Assembly: GCA_965243525.1 (NCBI GenBank)
Contig: OZ251568.1
Span: 1,632,588 to 1,696,587, forward strand
Origin: Spirochaetia bacterium
Lineage (GTDB): Bacteria > Spirochaetota > Spirochaetia > WTKD01
Length of the DNA: 64,000 nt
Direction: 5' to 3'
This document shows, one piece after another, positions 47,804-59,588 of this stretch. A program made the translations under genes and the position numbers. The notes below the pieces were generated by a model, which was not told the DNA's origin, searched no databases, and saw only the letters and a program-made list of their open reading frames with translations. Positions within the stretch are counted from its first letter, which is position 1. Each line of letters begins with the position of its first letter.

Positions 47804-48698
47804 TAGAACATACCCCATTGGTTTTCTTTGGGTGCTTGCAGTGGTGATACTCAGTGGATGCCAATCGGTATCGCGGGTTGATCTTGCAAGAGAGTATTTT
47901 TCCATAGCGCAGGACTATTTCGCTGAAAAAAATTATGCGCGTGCACTTGAATATTTTCAGCAAGCAGAAACGTATTTTCCTGATAGAAATCGAGATGTCT
48001 CGTATAATATCGCGGTTATTGAACTGATTGAAGGAAACCTATCCCAGGCAGAAGAGATTATAGTGACGCTCAAAGAAGCGGATCCCGATAATCTGTTGGT
48101 TCAAGAGCTTGAGGCTCTGTTGTTTTATCAAAAAGGATATTATCTTGCCGCCTTAAAAACCTTTGTTTCATTGCGAAATAAGGGTATGACAGATGTACGA
48201 ATAATTCAGAATATGGCCTTGATATATACTGATCTGCAAGACAACGTAGCCTTTGTAGAAAGTGTTCAAGAAAATGAAGCGTTGAATGAGGAAGAATATC
48301 TTGTGGGACTTGCTGATGCCCATGCGAAGTTGGGAAACCTTGATGAGGCAACAATTCTATACAAAGAATACATGCAGATCGTGCAGGATGACGAACAAAA
48401 ACTACTGATTGCAGCGGATTTTTTCTATGAGATTGGGGATTATTCTGAGTTGCTCGCGGTTTATGACGACTTGCTTGAGCTAGGCGGAGAAAATGCTGAG
48501 TATCTGTTTGAAAAGGCGTATATTCAAATTGTTAATGGAATTGCATACGAAGAGGGAATCAACCATTTAGAAAGAGCTCTGCAACTAGGATATGATGCTG
48601 TTGAGCGTTTGAAAGCCTTGTTGGATGCCGAACTATTTGATCCCGAAAGTGTGCGCCGCGTATATAGAACATTTAATGTAGAAATACCCAGTGAATAA
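47778..48698 (+). CDS. TPR-repeat lipoprotein.
   Basis: Lipoprotein signal ending VVILSGC; multiple TPR-like repeats. The track start is TTG and overlaps the upp-like 3' end, so the true start is uncertain (a GTG lies at 47787). Confidence 0.6.
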   Translation: MKNVYLKVNRTYPIGFLWVLAVVILSGCQSVSRVDLAREYFSIAQDYFAEKNYARALEYFQQAETYFPDRNRDVSYNIAVIELIEGNLSQAEEIIVTLKEADPDNLLVQELEALLFYQKGYYLAALKTFVSLRNKGMTDVRIIQNMALIYTDLQDNVAFVESVQENEALNEEEYLVGLADAHAKLGNLDEATILYKEYMQIVQDDEQKLLIAADFFYEIGDYSELLAVYDDLLELGGENAEYLFEKAYIQIVNGIAYEEGINHLERALQLGYDAVERLKALLDAELFDPESVRRVYRTFNVEIPSE

Positions 48699-48732
48699 GC
48701 AGTGAGTATATTGGAGAATTTTCCTGTATGTC

Positions 48733-48761
48733 TTGACCGTGCTTTACGATGTGGTATATAT
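48733..48761 (+). promoter_or_regulatory. Candidate sigma70 promoter (TTGACC-16/17-TATATA) upstream of the tRNA-Ala / 16S / tRNA-Ile unit.
   Basis: Good hexamers. The predicted start site is a few nt before the tRNA-Ala 5' end. Confidence 0.4.
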
Positions 48762-48772
48762 TCTACGTTCAT

Positions 48773-48846
48773 GGGGGTATAGCTCAGTTGGCTAGAGCAC
48801 TAGATTTGCATTCTAGGGGTCGAGGGTTCGAGTCCCTTTACCTCCA
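48773..48846 (+). tRNA. tRNA-Ala (anticodon TGC).
   Basis: GGGGGTATAGCTCAGTTGGCTAGAGC...TTTGCAT...GGTTCGAGTCCC with the G3:U70 pair in the acceptor stem. Confidence 0.9.
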
Positions 48847-48984
48847 GAGAAGGATTGACATAGTTTTTGCTATGTGCCATCCTTCAACACAAGACTGAGA
48901 GATCAATGGAAGAATAAGGGAAGGGAAGCAAGCGGGCTAGGAAAAAGAAAAGAGAACCTCCATGAAAGTGGAGGGGAAAAAATA

Positions 48985-50518
<1,534 letters not shown>

Positions 50519-50862
50519 TCAATGAGAAAGGTATGAGGAAGTATTGTACGACGATACTTCATATAACAATACCGAGTACCTGCTTGTTTCCTGCTTATTC
50601 TTCTACTCTTAGTTTTTTTATCATAATTCCCATAGAATCAATAGATAGTTTCACTAGTGTATATACACTATATATCCCTTTTTGTGAGGTCTGTAGATGT
50701 ATGCTTTAGGGTTCTCTATATGCTGTCTGCAAGAGGCAATTTGAGATCATCAGCAGGGTGGTTACTCCCAACAAGGGGTGGATTATGAAAAACTTGAACA
50801 AAAGGACTGCAACATGCCTTGAAAGGATTCTTGTGATAGGATATGATATCCTATTCTTTCGA

Positions 50863-50936
50863 GGGCCTGTAGCTCAGCCGGTTAGAGCACTTCTCTGATA
50901 AGGAAGGGGTCAGTGGTTCAAATCCACTCAGGCCCA
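50863..50936 (+). tRNA. tRNA-Ile (anticodon GAT) in the 16S downstream spacer.
   Basis: GGGCCTGTAGCTCAGCCGGTTAGAGC...CTGATAA...GGTTCAAATCCACTCAGGCCCA, close to canonical tRNA-Ile(GAU). Confidence 0.9.
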
Positions 50937-51133
50937 AGACCCTTTCTATATAAGCAAAATAAAAGATTATTAAGAAGAGAAATAGGGAAGAGCTTTCTTG
51001 TTTTATTCATTGGAACTATTTTTTAAAATCAAATTCTATTTCTGCTGTTTTCTAACGAGAAATCTGCGCAGAAGCCTCTGTTTGCCGAAAGGGCAACTTT
51101 ACTCTGTTAACGTGTACTACTACACTAGTATAG

Positions 51134-51982
51134 ATGATTCTAATAAAATCCGTGCTTATTGTTGCATCAATTGTGCGGAAAAAAGCAAAAATCTATGCAG
51201 AGAGGATATACTCGTATTTTAAATACAGAGACATCCACTGTGATATTTTGCCGTTGCGCGAACTTGATCACGCGGATACTACACGACATTATGATCTTGC
51301 AGTCACCTTGGGTGGTGATGGAACGGTACTATGTGCTTCGCGTATTCTTTCTCCACATAGCACACCGATTCTTCCGATAAACTTGGGAAATTTTGGATTT
51401 ATTACTGAAATAGAGGCTAGCGAGTGGCAAGAGGCGATAGAGCAGTATGAACAGGGAGATCTCATTGCCGGGCAGCGAATATTATTAGAAATAGTGATTC
51501 TCCGCGATGGAAAGAAACTCATTACGAGTGTGGGACTCAATGAAGCGGTTATATCGTCATCGGGAGTTGCGAAGCTAGTGAATTTACGTCTTGAAGTACA
51601 GCAGCAAGAGCTTGGAAGATATCGCGCAGATGGTTTGATCGTTGCTACACCTACGGGATCAACGGCGTATTCAGTTGCTGCAGGAGGTCCCGTCTTGCAT
51701 CCTGAGATGGAGGCGATTATTGTGAATCCCATTTGCCCTTTTACCCTTTCGCATCGCCCCTTGGTACTTCCAGCAAGAGAATTACTACATATTTATATTG
51801 GGGAAAGTCAACGAACTGATATTATTATTACCGTGGATGGACAAAAGGCGATTCCCCTTGAACCAGGTGATATTATTACGATTTCTTCATATAATGAACG
51901 TGCGCACATCATCCGTTCACCTAAGCGGAGCTATTATGAGGTCCTATGTAAAAAATTAGGATGGGGAGGGGGAAGCCAATGA
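51134..51982 (+). CDS. nadK: NAD(+) kinase.
   Basis: GGDGTVL motif, NE/DGxxxxT region; 282 aa. Confidence 0.85.
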   Translation: MILIKSVLIVASIVRKKAKIYAERIYSYFKYRDIHCDILPLRELDHADTTRHYDLAVTLGGDGTVLCASRILSPHSTPILPINLGNFGFITEIEASEWQEAIEQYEQGDLIAGQRILLEIVILRDGKKLITSVGLNEAVISSSGVAKLVNLRLEVQQQELGRYRADGLIVATPTGSTAYSVAAGGPVLHPEMEAIIVNPICPFTLSHRPLVLPARELLHIYIGESQRTDIIITVDGQKAIPLEPGDIITISSYNERAHIIRSPKRSYYEVLCKKLGWGGGSQ

Positions 51983-53661
51983 TTGAGTCACTAGAGATTT
52001 ATAATTATATCCTTGTAGATCATATCGTCATAACGTTTGATTCTGGGTTTACGGTGTTAACTGGTGAGACAGGGGCAGGAAAATCGATACTTGTTGGAGC
52101 TCTGAAGATTCTCGCAGGAGAAAAACTTTCTGATGCATATATTCGCCCCGGAAAAGATGAGGCGAGTTTTACTGCGGTGTGGAATATAAAAAACCGTAGA
52201 GCAGTGCATGCCTTTTTGCAAGATCGTGGATTATCTTGCGACGATGAACAATTGATCGTGCGGAGAACAATTCGTGTCGGCGGAAGGCCTTCGTCCTATA
52301 TTCAATCACAGCAAGTTACGCAAAAGGATCTTGAAACACTGTCTGCGTTGCTCGTTGATCAGCATTCGCAACATGAACATCAGTCCTTGTTTGTTTCGCA
52401 GGTGCAGCGAACGCTTCTTGATACCTATGCGGGGTGTGTCGATGCAGTGGGTGCGATAACCCGTTCCTATCACGCGGTGCAGAAATTGCATCAAGATTTG
52501 CAAGAACATCACGAGGTGTTGAACAAGATTGTTGCTGAAAAAGAATATCTCCAACATGCGATGGAAGAAATTGAACAAGCAGGGCTGCAATCGGATGAGG
52601 ATCGTGGTCTTGAAGAGGAATTGAACGTTCTTGCGAATAGCAAGGATATAGAAGAACTCTGTGGACAGATAGGTCAGTTGTTTGAAGGAGAAAAGGGTGT
52701 CACTGCAGGACTTGGGCAGGTGCTACGCTTGATTCAATTGCTGAGCAGAAAAAGCACTACATTTGCCGCATTGGAAGAACGTATAACAGCAGCGGATATT
52801 GAACTACGAGACATTCATTCAGATTTTTCAGATAAGGTTGGGCGGTTGATATTTGATCCTGCACATCTGGTTCGAGTTGAAAAGAGACTGGGATTGATCG
52901 ACCTTCTTAAGTCAAAGTACGGGAAAACTATTGATGCTATTTTGACATTTAAAGTGGACGCACAGAAGAAACTTGAGCACCTTGACCAGTCTGATGAAGA
53001 GATTGCTCTGCTTACCCGAAAATTACGTGATGAAGAGAAAAAATTATTCCAATTGTCAAAGCAGGTTTCTTTGAAGCGAATGCAGGTTGCGAAGAAACTC
53101 ACCGGTGAAATTACCGAACATTTGCGATTACTTGGGATGCCGCATGCGCAGTTAACAGTGCAGGCAGATATATTAAAAAATGCAAACGGAACAGCACAAT
53201 GCGGTCCGTATGGCATTGATGAGATAACATTTTTGTTTACCGCTAACGCTGGCGCGCAACAAACGCAGCTAAAACGTGCTGCATCTGGTGGGGAATTGTC
53301 GCGCATTATGCTTGCTATTAAATCGGTGTTTGCCTATGAGGACACCATTCCGACGCTTATTTTTGATGAGGTTGATGCAGGTATTGGGGGTGAGATTGCG
53401 CTTCGTGTAGCAGAACATCTCAAGAAACTTGCAGAGACAAAACAAGTGCTCTGTATCACACATCTTGGCTCACTCGCTACGTATGCAGATCATCATTTCA
53501 AGGTTTCAAAAACAGTGCAGAACAATGAAACATTTACCGAAGCAAGGTTGATTGAGCACGAGGAACGCATCACTGAGGTTGCTCGCATGCTCTCAGGTAA
53601 CAGCGATGCCTCTGAATCCCGCAACCATGCAAAATCACTCTTGGAAAAGGTACACGCATGA
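51979..53661 (+). CDS. recN: DNA repair protein RecN.
   Basis: N-terminal Walker A LTGETGAGKSIL, long coiled-coil, C-terminal SMC-like signature. ATGA overlap with nadK. Confidence 0.9.
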   Translation: MIESLEIYNYILVDHIVITFDSGFTVLTGETGAGKSILVGALKILAGEKLSDAYIRPGKDEASFTAVWNIKNRRAVHAFLQDRGLSCDDEQLIVRRTIRVGGRPSSYIQSQQVTQKDLETLSALLVDQHSQHEHQSLFVSQVQRTLLDTYAGCVDAVGAITRSYHAVQKLHQDLQEHHEVLNKIVAEKEYLQHAMEEIEQAGLQSDEDRGLEEELNVLANSKDIEELCGQIGQLFEGEKGVTAGLGQVLRLIQLLSRKSTTFAALEERITAADIELRDIHSDFSDKVGRLIFDPAHLVRVEKRLGLIDLLKSKYGKTIDAILTFKVDAQKKLEHLDQSDEEIALLTRKLRDEEKKLFQLSKQVSLKRMQVAKKLTGEITEHLRLLGMPHAQLTVQADILKNANGTAQCGPYGIDEITFLFTANAGAQQTQLKRAASGGELSRIMLAIKSVFAYEDTIPTLIFDEVDAGIGGEIALRVAEHLKKLAETKQVLCITHLGSLATYADHHFKVSKTVQNNETFTEARLIEHEERITEVARMLSGNSDASESRNHAKSLLEKVHA

Positions 53662-54437
53662 ACACCAGTATTCTTGAAAGCTCAGAATATATCGAGCGAA
53701 TGAAAATGCTCCGCTCGCTATCTGTAAGATATGAAAAATCCGCAGAACAACAGTTGATAACACCTGATTCTCATGAGTCCCAGCAGATATTGCAGTATAG
53801 CGATATGCTATTGAATGCGCTCTCGTATAAAATCGCTGAATCAGAAACATCTCTGTATGAATTTAAACTGCGCAATCAGCGAGTTTTAAATGCGGGGCGT
53901 AAGCTTATCTATGAAGTATTGATTCGTCTTGAAGGACTTGTTAGCAATCTCATTGATGTTCCGCTGAGTGATTTATTGGTCTATCAAAAAAAAATAGAAG
54001 CAGTAGATGATACTATGCGGTCTTCTTTAATACGTAAACTCTTTATTGCACTGGATCATATAAAAATTGCCTATGGGGATAACACAAAATGGAAGTGGAC
54101 ATTCACAGAACTTGTGGGAAGAGCCTCAGTGATCAGTAAAAATCTTCTCCATTTGAAGCGAATCAGCGCAGGGTTATGGCCAGAACAACCGGGGTATAAA
54201 GAGTGTCGAGTTCATTTGAAACTAGTTATTGAAAAATTGCAGTTTGCAGCAGGTGAATATCGTTCAAAATATGAATTAGCTGGAAAGCAGTTAATCGATA
54301 TGCAATTTGCCATGAAATTGTTAAATGCTACTCGACAATTGGCGATGTTGACTGCTGATCGAGAACTTGCTGATGAGCTGAAGCGAAAACTCAGCGTTTG
54401 GAAACAAAAACTGGAATTTGAAGTAAAACGAAAATGA
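53658..54437 (+). CDS. Hypothetical cytoplasmic alpha-helical protein, translationally coupled to recN.
   Basis: ATGA overlap with the recN stop. No signal peptide, and no motif I recognise. Confidence 0.5.
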   Translation: MNTSILESSEYIERMKMLRSLSVRYEKSAEQQLITPDSHESQQILQYSDMLLNALSYKIAESETSLYEFKLRNQRVLNAGRKLIYEVLIRLEGLVSNLIDVPLSDLLVYQKKIEAVDDTMRSSLIRKLFIALDHIKIAYGDNTKWKWTFTELVGRASVISKNLLHLKRISAGLWPEQPGYKECRVHLKLVIEKLQFAAGEYRSKYELAGKQLIDMQFAMKLLNATRQLAMLTADRELADELKRKLSVWKQKLEFEVKRK

Positions 54438-55450
54438 CCATTTTACGGGTGGTTTTTCTCTACGTATTCTTTTTTGCTCTTGTATTTTTCGCTCTACTCT
54501 TGCTCCCGTATAAGCAAAATGAAGAACATGCTGTCAATCTGCAGTGGGCAACAACTGTATCTGAACTAGGCAAAAATAGTGTTAATCGGACTGCAAACCT
54601 ACGTGCATTTCAATACAGGAATCGGTTTGGGTATATTCATCCAGAAACAGGAAGAGGCTTCTCATTATCCACCCAGAACCTTGTCGCACAATCGGATCAA
54701 CTTTTTGCCCAAAAAGAAACAACCGAAAATACGTATTTGTTATTTGATTCAACCGGAGCTTTTATACAAGCGATTCCAATAAAAGGGGAGCTTATCATCC
54801 ACAACGATGAGGTTGCCCTTGTGAGCGAAGATTATCACAGCATATATCAGATACACGACAGAGTAATTGTGAAAACAGAATTTGGAAATGCAGTTGTTTC
54901 TTCGATTTTTAGCTCAGAAAATATTGTAGCATACTTGTTTTCTTTGGGACTTGTGGATCTTTCTTCTGATCAAGTACTATTCACTCCAGATTCGATGGTC
55001 ATTGATTATAAAAATAGCGGCGCGATGACCACGGTGCTCCGCATCTACGAAGAGGATATATCATCTAGCGTGGTTGAGATCTATGCAATAAATAGACAGG
55101 AAGAACAACAACTGAAGCTCTCGCGCGTTATCGCGTCTTCACCAGTCCATATTGAGACAAACGATTCACATAGCTTGATTGCCTTTGCCAATATTGCTCA
55201 GTTTTATTTGGGTGATGTGGTAGCGCAAGAGTATACGTACAATGGAATGGTGGAGAAGGTGTTCGCAAGTGATGAAATCTTTGCAATCCTTGTGCGTAAC
55301 TCAAAAGGCCAATCACAGATTTCTATATATTCAGCAGATGCGCAGTTTATTGCGGGGTTGTCCCTGAGTGCAACAGATGAGGTCATATCAGTGTTTGACA
55401 ACAGCATACTTTTTGGAACGCAGTATACCTTGCTCTTGGTTTCGTTGTAA
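54434..55450 (+). CDS. Hypothetical bitopic membrane protein (N-terminal TM anchor, beta-rich periplasmic domain).
   Basis: ATGA overlap with the upstream gene. N-terminal hydrophobic segment VVFLYVFFFALVFFALLLL. Confidence 0.5.
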   Translation: MTILRVVFLYVFFFALVFFALLLLPYKQNEEHAVNLQWATTVSELGKNSVNRTANLRAFQYRNRFGYIHPETGRGFSLSTQNLVAQSDQLFAQKETTENTYLLFDSTGAFIQAIPIKGELIIHNDEVALVSEDYHSIYQIHDRVIVKTEFGNAVVSSIFSSENIVAYLFSLGLVDLSSDQVLFTPDSMVIDYKNSGAMTTVLRIYEEDISSSVVEIYAINRQEEQQLKLSRVIASSPVHIETNDSHSLIAFANIAQFYLGDVVAQEYTYNGMVEKVFASDEIFAILVRNSKGQSQISIYSADAQFIAGLSLSATDEVISVFDNSILFGTQYTLLLVSL

Positions 55451-56247
55451 TGCGTTGCAAAATTATCAGTGTTCTAATTTTTTGTATATCTGCCGTATCA
55501 GGCCATGCGCAATGGCGTATGCCCATTGAACAACCGCTGCTACGTACTGCATTTTCGCCGGATAGATATTTAACCACGATAGAAAGTAACCAATCTGAAA
55601 ACAGATATATCTACCCCATTGCATCAGGACGATTAGTACATACGATTGATAGCGAAACTGTTATTTCCGCGGTTACTAATACTGCCTCACCAGAACAAGA
55701 GCGCTATCAAAGGGTGTTGATCTTACACGACAATGGTTATGCGAGTATCTATATGGGAAATTTTATCGTTCTTCACCGCGAACCAATTATTTCGGAATCA
55801 CAACCCATTGCAATCCTCCAAAATGAGGCTGCATTCTTGTTTGCTTTGTACGATGTTGAACGCCATGCTTGGATCAATCCATATTTTGTATTCATGCCAG
55901 AGGTTGCCCGCAGCAATCATATTCGCTACAATGCCGTTCTCAAAAATACACATGAATCGTTGTTTGATCGAAGTATCGTTACCCAAGATGCCAAATTGCA
56001 AATCTATCAACAACCCGATCAAGAAACCATTCTTCCCATTGCAGAACAAGTCTTTTTAAATGAGATTCTTATAAAAACCAACTATTTTACTCATGTTTTG
56101 TTAGGATCAAAAGATCTGTTTCCAGATACGGCAATCACCATTCAAGTAACAGAAGATTTTGGCGTGCGTGGTGACATCTCCATTCGGCCGTTCTACTCGG
56201 AAACAAATTCAAATTCTCAAGCGTTTTTTTTCAGAATCGTGAAATAA
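55450..56247 (+). CDS. Secreted protein with a degenerate LytM/M23-peptidase-like domain (catalytic His/Asp residues apparently not conserved).
   Basis: Signal peptide MRCKIISVLIFCISAVSGHA. LILHDNGYASIYMGNF and ...FLFALYDVERHAWINP resemble the M23 core (IDHGNGYSTLYAHL / GPHLHFEV...NP) but lack HxxxD and HxH. The start overlaps the upstream stop (TAATG). Confidence 0.45.
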   Translation: MRCKIISVLIFCISAVSGHAQWRMPIEQPLLRTAFSPDRYLTTIESNQSENRYIYPIASGRLVHTIDSETVISAVTNTASPEQERYQRVLILHDNGYASIYMGNFIVLHREPIISESQPIAILQNEAAFLFALYDVERHAWINPYFVFMPEVARSNHIRYNAVLKNTHESLFDRSIVTQDAKLQIYQQPDQETILPIAEQVFLNEILIKTNYFTHVLLGSKDLFPDTAITIQVTEDFGVRGDISIRPFYSETNSNSQAFFFRIVK

Positions 56248-56333
56248 TTCTTTTTAATTGTTGCCAAAACAGAATTTCATCACTAAACTATTTTTGTGGG
56301 GAAAAGTGGGGAATTGTAGAAAATTGTGGAGTT

Positions 56334-56774
56334 ATGCTAACAGGACAATACAAGACAAGCCTTGATGAGAAGGGGCGGATCCTCATCCCTAATCGATTGC
56401 GCAATGCGATTCTTGGTTCTCAAGTGATTGTCACTGCAGGCATTGATTCTTGTCTGTGGGTTTTTTTACCGAACACCTGGCAGGAATTGTCAGATAAGAT
56501 AATGGAAACTTCATTGTTTTCACAAAAGGCGCGATTGCTGCAGCGAAGAATTGTTGCTCCAGCGATGGAACTTGACCTTGATAAAATGGGACGCATTCTT
56601 ATTCCACAAAACTTGCAGGACATCGCCTTGGTTAAGAAAAATTGTATTCTCCATGGGTTGAAAAAATTTATTGAAATTTGGGATGCGGAAATGTACGAGG
56701 CATACCTCGAAGCCAATGAAAGTGATTTCAAAAAGCTGCTGAAGAGTTGGGAGGGACCGTCGTCATATGAGTGA
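56334..56774 (+). CDS. mraZ: Transcriptional regulator MraZ.
   Basis: MLTGQYKTSLDEKGRILIPNRLR and the duplicated DxxxR motif. Confidence 0.9.
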   Translation: MLTGQYKTSLDEKGRILIPNRLRNAILGSQVIVTAGIDSCLWVFLPNTWQELSDKIMETSLFSQKARLLQRRIVAPAMELDLDKMGRILIPQNLQDIALVKKNCILHGLKKFIEIWDAEMYEAYLEANESDFKKLLKSWEGPSSYE

Positions 56775-57699
56775 AACCTACCATACTCCGGTAATGTTTC
56801 AAGAGGTGGCATCGTTTATCGGAAAACTCGATGAACCAAAGATGTTTATCGATGCTACTCTTGGTGAGGGCGGTCATTCAGCACATATATTGGAAACATT
56901 TCCGCATATTTTTTGTGAGGGCATTGATGCAGATGATCGCATGATATCTCGTGCTCAAGAGCGGCTAGCAGGATTCGAAGAGAGAACTCGCTTACATACC
57001 ATGTGGTTTGATGAATACTTTGCGCAACATGCACCGAAAAATGCCGCTTCGGCGATACTCTTTGATTTGGGCATTTCTACGTATCATTATACAGCAAAGG
57101 ATCGAGGGTTTAGCTTCGATAGTGAAGATCCTCTAGATATGCGCATAGCGAGAGAACAAACACGCAGCGCAGAAGACGTGTTGTATGAAAACAGCGAGCG
57201 GGAATTAGCAGATATACTCTATACATATGGAGAAGAGCATCGTGCACAAAAAATCGCCCGCGCTATTCATAAGCATTTGATTGTTCCCCGTGTCCACCCA
57301 ATAACCTGCAAGGATCTAGCATATGTTGTGAAAGGATGTTTTGCAAAGGAACGACGTTATCGCTTTCCACATCCCGCAACGAAGGTGTTCCAAGCCTTGC
57401 GAATTGTTGTCAACAATGAACTTGAACGGCTAAAAAAGACACTTTCTGCTGCGATTGCGGCATTGGCGCATTTAGGAGTGATTCTTGTTATCTCATTTCA
57501 CTCATTAGAAGACAGAATAGTTAAGCATTTTTTTAAATCGCACGACATTCAAAATGGAAACCCCGACGATGTCGATGGAACACCTCGTCTGCGGATACTT
57601 ACAAAAAAGGTTATGCGTGCTGATGAAAAAGAAATTGCGACAAACCCAGCCTCGCGTAGTGCAAAAATGAGAGTTGCACAGAGGGTTATGCATGAATAA
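56767..57699 (+). CDS. rsmH: 16S rRNA (cytosine1402-N4)-methyltransferase RsmH (MraW).
   Basis: HTPVMFQEV...DATLGEGGHS motifs. Confidence 0.9.
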   Translation: MSETYHTPVMFQEVASFIGKLDEPKMFIDATLGEGGHSAHILETFPHIFCEGIDADDRMISRAQERLAGFEERTRLHTMWFDEYFAQHAPKNAASAILFDLGISTYHYTAKDRGFSFDSEDPLDMRIAREQTRSAEDVLYENSERELADILYTYGEEHRAQKIARAIHKHLIVPRVHPITCKDLAYVVKGCFAKERRYRFPHPATKVFQALRIVVNNELERLKKTLSAAIAALAHLGVILVISFHSLEDRIVKHFFKSHDIQNGNPDDVDGTPRLRILTKKVMRADEKEIATNPASRSAKMRVAQRVMHE

Positions 57700-57982
57700 A
57701 TCAATGAACATGGTTTGGGTTGGAAGCATTGTAGCGGTACTTGTTCTGTTTGCGACGCATGTCTATGTCTCCTGGAAATATCAGGAACAGCAAGAACAAA
57801 TTTCTCACCTTGAATCAGAACTTGAGCGCAGCCATTTGTTATACAATGAAAAATTCCTTTCACTCGCTGAAAAAAAGCACAACACAAGAACGCTGTTATA
57901 TCAGCGGATACTATCAGAAGAGCGTTCTTTTCACTCTATTCTTGATCAACTACCGCTCAAGGATGGCTCAGCTCGTGATTAG
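57692..57982 (+). CDS. ftsL: FtsL-like cell division protein (small bitopic protein with coiled coil).
   Basis: Position between rsmH and murF. A single TM (VWVGSIVAVLVLFATHVYV) is followed by a coiled-coil (QEQISHLESELE). GAGGG RBS before the ATG at 57692. Confidence 0.55.
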   Translation: MNKSMNMVWVGSIVAVLVLFATHVYVSWKYQEQQEQISHLESELERSHLLYNEKFLSLAEKKHNTRTLLYQRILSEERSFHSILDQLPLKDGSARD

Positions 57983-59588
57983 CTATGCTCAATTCATTCA
58001 CCATCTTTCCTCTTTTGAAGATGGGCCAGAGATATTAGCTGAACCTGGAGTAAAAAATCTTGATGAATCCTTTGTTGTGCAATGGGATTCTCGTGTTTGC
58101 GATAAGCAGTCGCTTTTTGTTGCATTGCGTGGTATGCATGCCGACGGACATACTTTTATCGACCAGGCATATGGCCAGGGATGTAGGGCGTTTTTGGTGC
58201 AACAGAACTGGGTGAAAGCGCATTTCGCGTTTTTTAAGAAGCTCATGAAATCTGCTTTGTGCATTGTTGTGAATGATGTGCGAGCATCTCTTTTTTGGGC
58301 GGCAAAACAGCATCGCGCCTCGCTGCAGGCCTTGAGAATCGGAATAACGGGGAGCGTCGGAAAAACAAGCGTGAAAGAGTGGATAAAAACGATCACAGGC
58401 ATGCAGTACAATGTTGTGGCCACTCAGGGAAATTTGAATACCCCCATAGCAATTGCAGCGAGAATCCTGTCTTTATCAGAAGAGACGGATATCTTCATCT
58501 GTGAGCTTGGCATTGATATCCCAGGTGAGATGCAAACATTGGTTGATCTTGTGCTTCCTCATCTTGCTATTATTACAACTATTGGCAGTGCTCATATTGG
58601 AAATTTTGCATCGCAAGAGGAGCTTGCCTATGAAAAGACGCAGATCCTTTCTCGATTGGCAGAAACGGCGCGTGAGATACCAAAATTACGTGTACGGGCA
58701 AATCTCCCAACTGCTTGGGTGCCCCGACAAGATGCCTATATGAATCTATTTAAAACCGTTGCACAGGATGTTTCTGTTTCACAACATTTGGATACTGCTT
58801 GTTGGGATAATGACTCGACTGATGCACAGACGGGAAAAATGCAATTTCAAGGCGATATCGAAAATCATAAATATATTGTTGTCTTGAATACCCAATTGGA
58901 CATCTACCCTCTCACCATTGCTATAGCGGTTGCACAATCCATTGGCGTTTTGCCAAGGGTGATTCAGGAAGCCATTTCGCAGGGAATTGAATTATCCGGG
59001 CGGGGAAACATCATTACCATTCCAAAAGGGATTGTCATCCACAGCGCATACAACGCCTCTTATGAGTCGATGATGGGTGCCTTGATCGATCTTGCAAAAA
59101 GAAGCCATCGCAACCATAGTATTGCCATCCTTGCCCCGATGAATGAGCTCGGTGATCATGCTGATTTCTATCACGCCAAGGTGCTTCGATATTTAGCTGA
59201 TTCTTCTATCCAAGATGTTATTTTGATAGGAGCAGCCTGGAAGCCGTTTATTGCAGACTACGCAGCCTATCATTTTGTCGATACCTGTGATGAGGCATTA
59301 GCAATCTACAATACCATTGTTCAAGAAAACCAAGTTGTATTGCTGAAGGGAAGTCGCTCCTATGCGCTTGAGCAACTGCTTGATGGGTTAACGCTACAGA
59401 ATAATCCTGATAAAGGACATGTCAAAAAAACAGCAGAGACAGATCATTATCGAGATCGCGATTTTGAGATTCACCAGTGTTCGAGAGTAGAGAACATCTC
59501 CCAAACACCACTCCAAATCTTGGATTCGGTATGTGTCAGTAATATTTTCTCTCAGGCATATTTTGGTAAAAAAAGGAATAATTTATGA
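57963..59588 (+). CDS. murF: UDP-N-acetylmuramoyl-tripeptide--D-alanyl-D-alanine ligase MurF, with a C-terminal extension of about 80 aa.
   Basis: ITGSVGKTS P-loop and Mur ligase domains. The ATG at 57963 (MAQLVISY) was chosen; the track ORF begins earlier and overlaps ftsL. Confidence 0.75.
   Translation: MAQLVISYAQFIHHLSSFEDGPEILAEPGVKNLDESFVVQWDSRVCDKQSLFVALRGMHADGHTFIDQAYGQGCRAFLVQQNWVKAHFAFFKKLMKSALCIVVNDVRASLFWAAKQHRASLQALRIGITGSVGKTSVKEWIKTITGMQYNVVATQGNLNTPIAIAARILSLSEETDIFICELGIDIPGEMQTLVDLVLPHLAIITTIGSAHIGNFASQEELAYEKTQILSRLAETAREIPKLRVRANLPTAWVPRQDAYMNLFKTVAQDVSVSQHLDTACWDNDSTDAQTGKMQFQGDIENHKYIVVLNTQLDIYPLTIAIAVAQSIGVLPRVIQEAISQGIELSGRGNIITIPKGIVIHSAYNASYESMMGALIDLAKRSHRNHSIAILAPMNELGDHADFYHAKVLRYLADSSIQDVILIGAAWKPFIADYAAYHFVDTCDEALAIYNTIVQENQVVLLKGSRSYALEQLLDGLTLQNNPDKGHVKKTAETDHYRDRDFEIHQCSRVENISQTPLQILDSVCVSNIFSQAYFGKKRNNL

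Noticed and set aside
50937-51133. A possible small RNA or terminator in the spacer after tRNA-Ile (the TTGCC-GAAAG-GGCAA hairpin at about 51088..51102).
   Set aside because: It has a short 5-bp stem without a clear U-tract. It is more likely just the 3' trailer of the rRNA transcript and I cannot support an ncRNA call from sequence alone.
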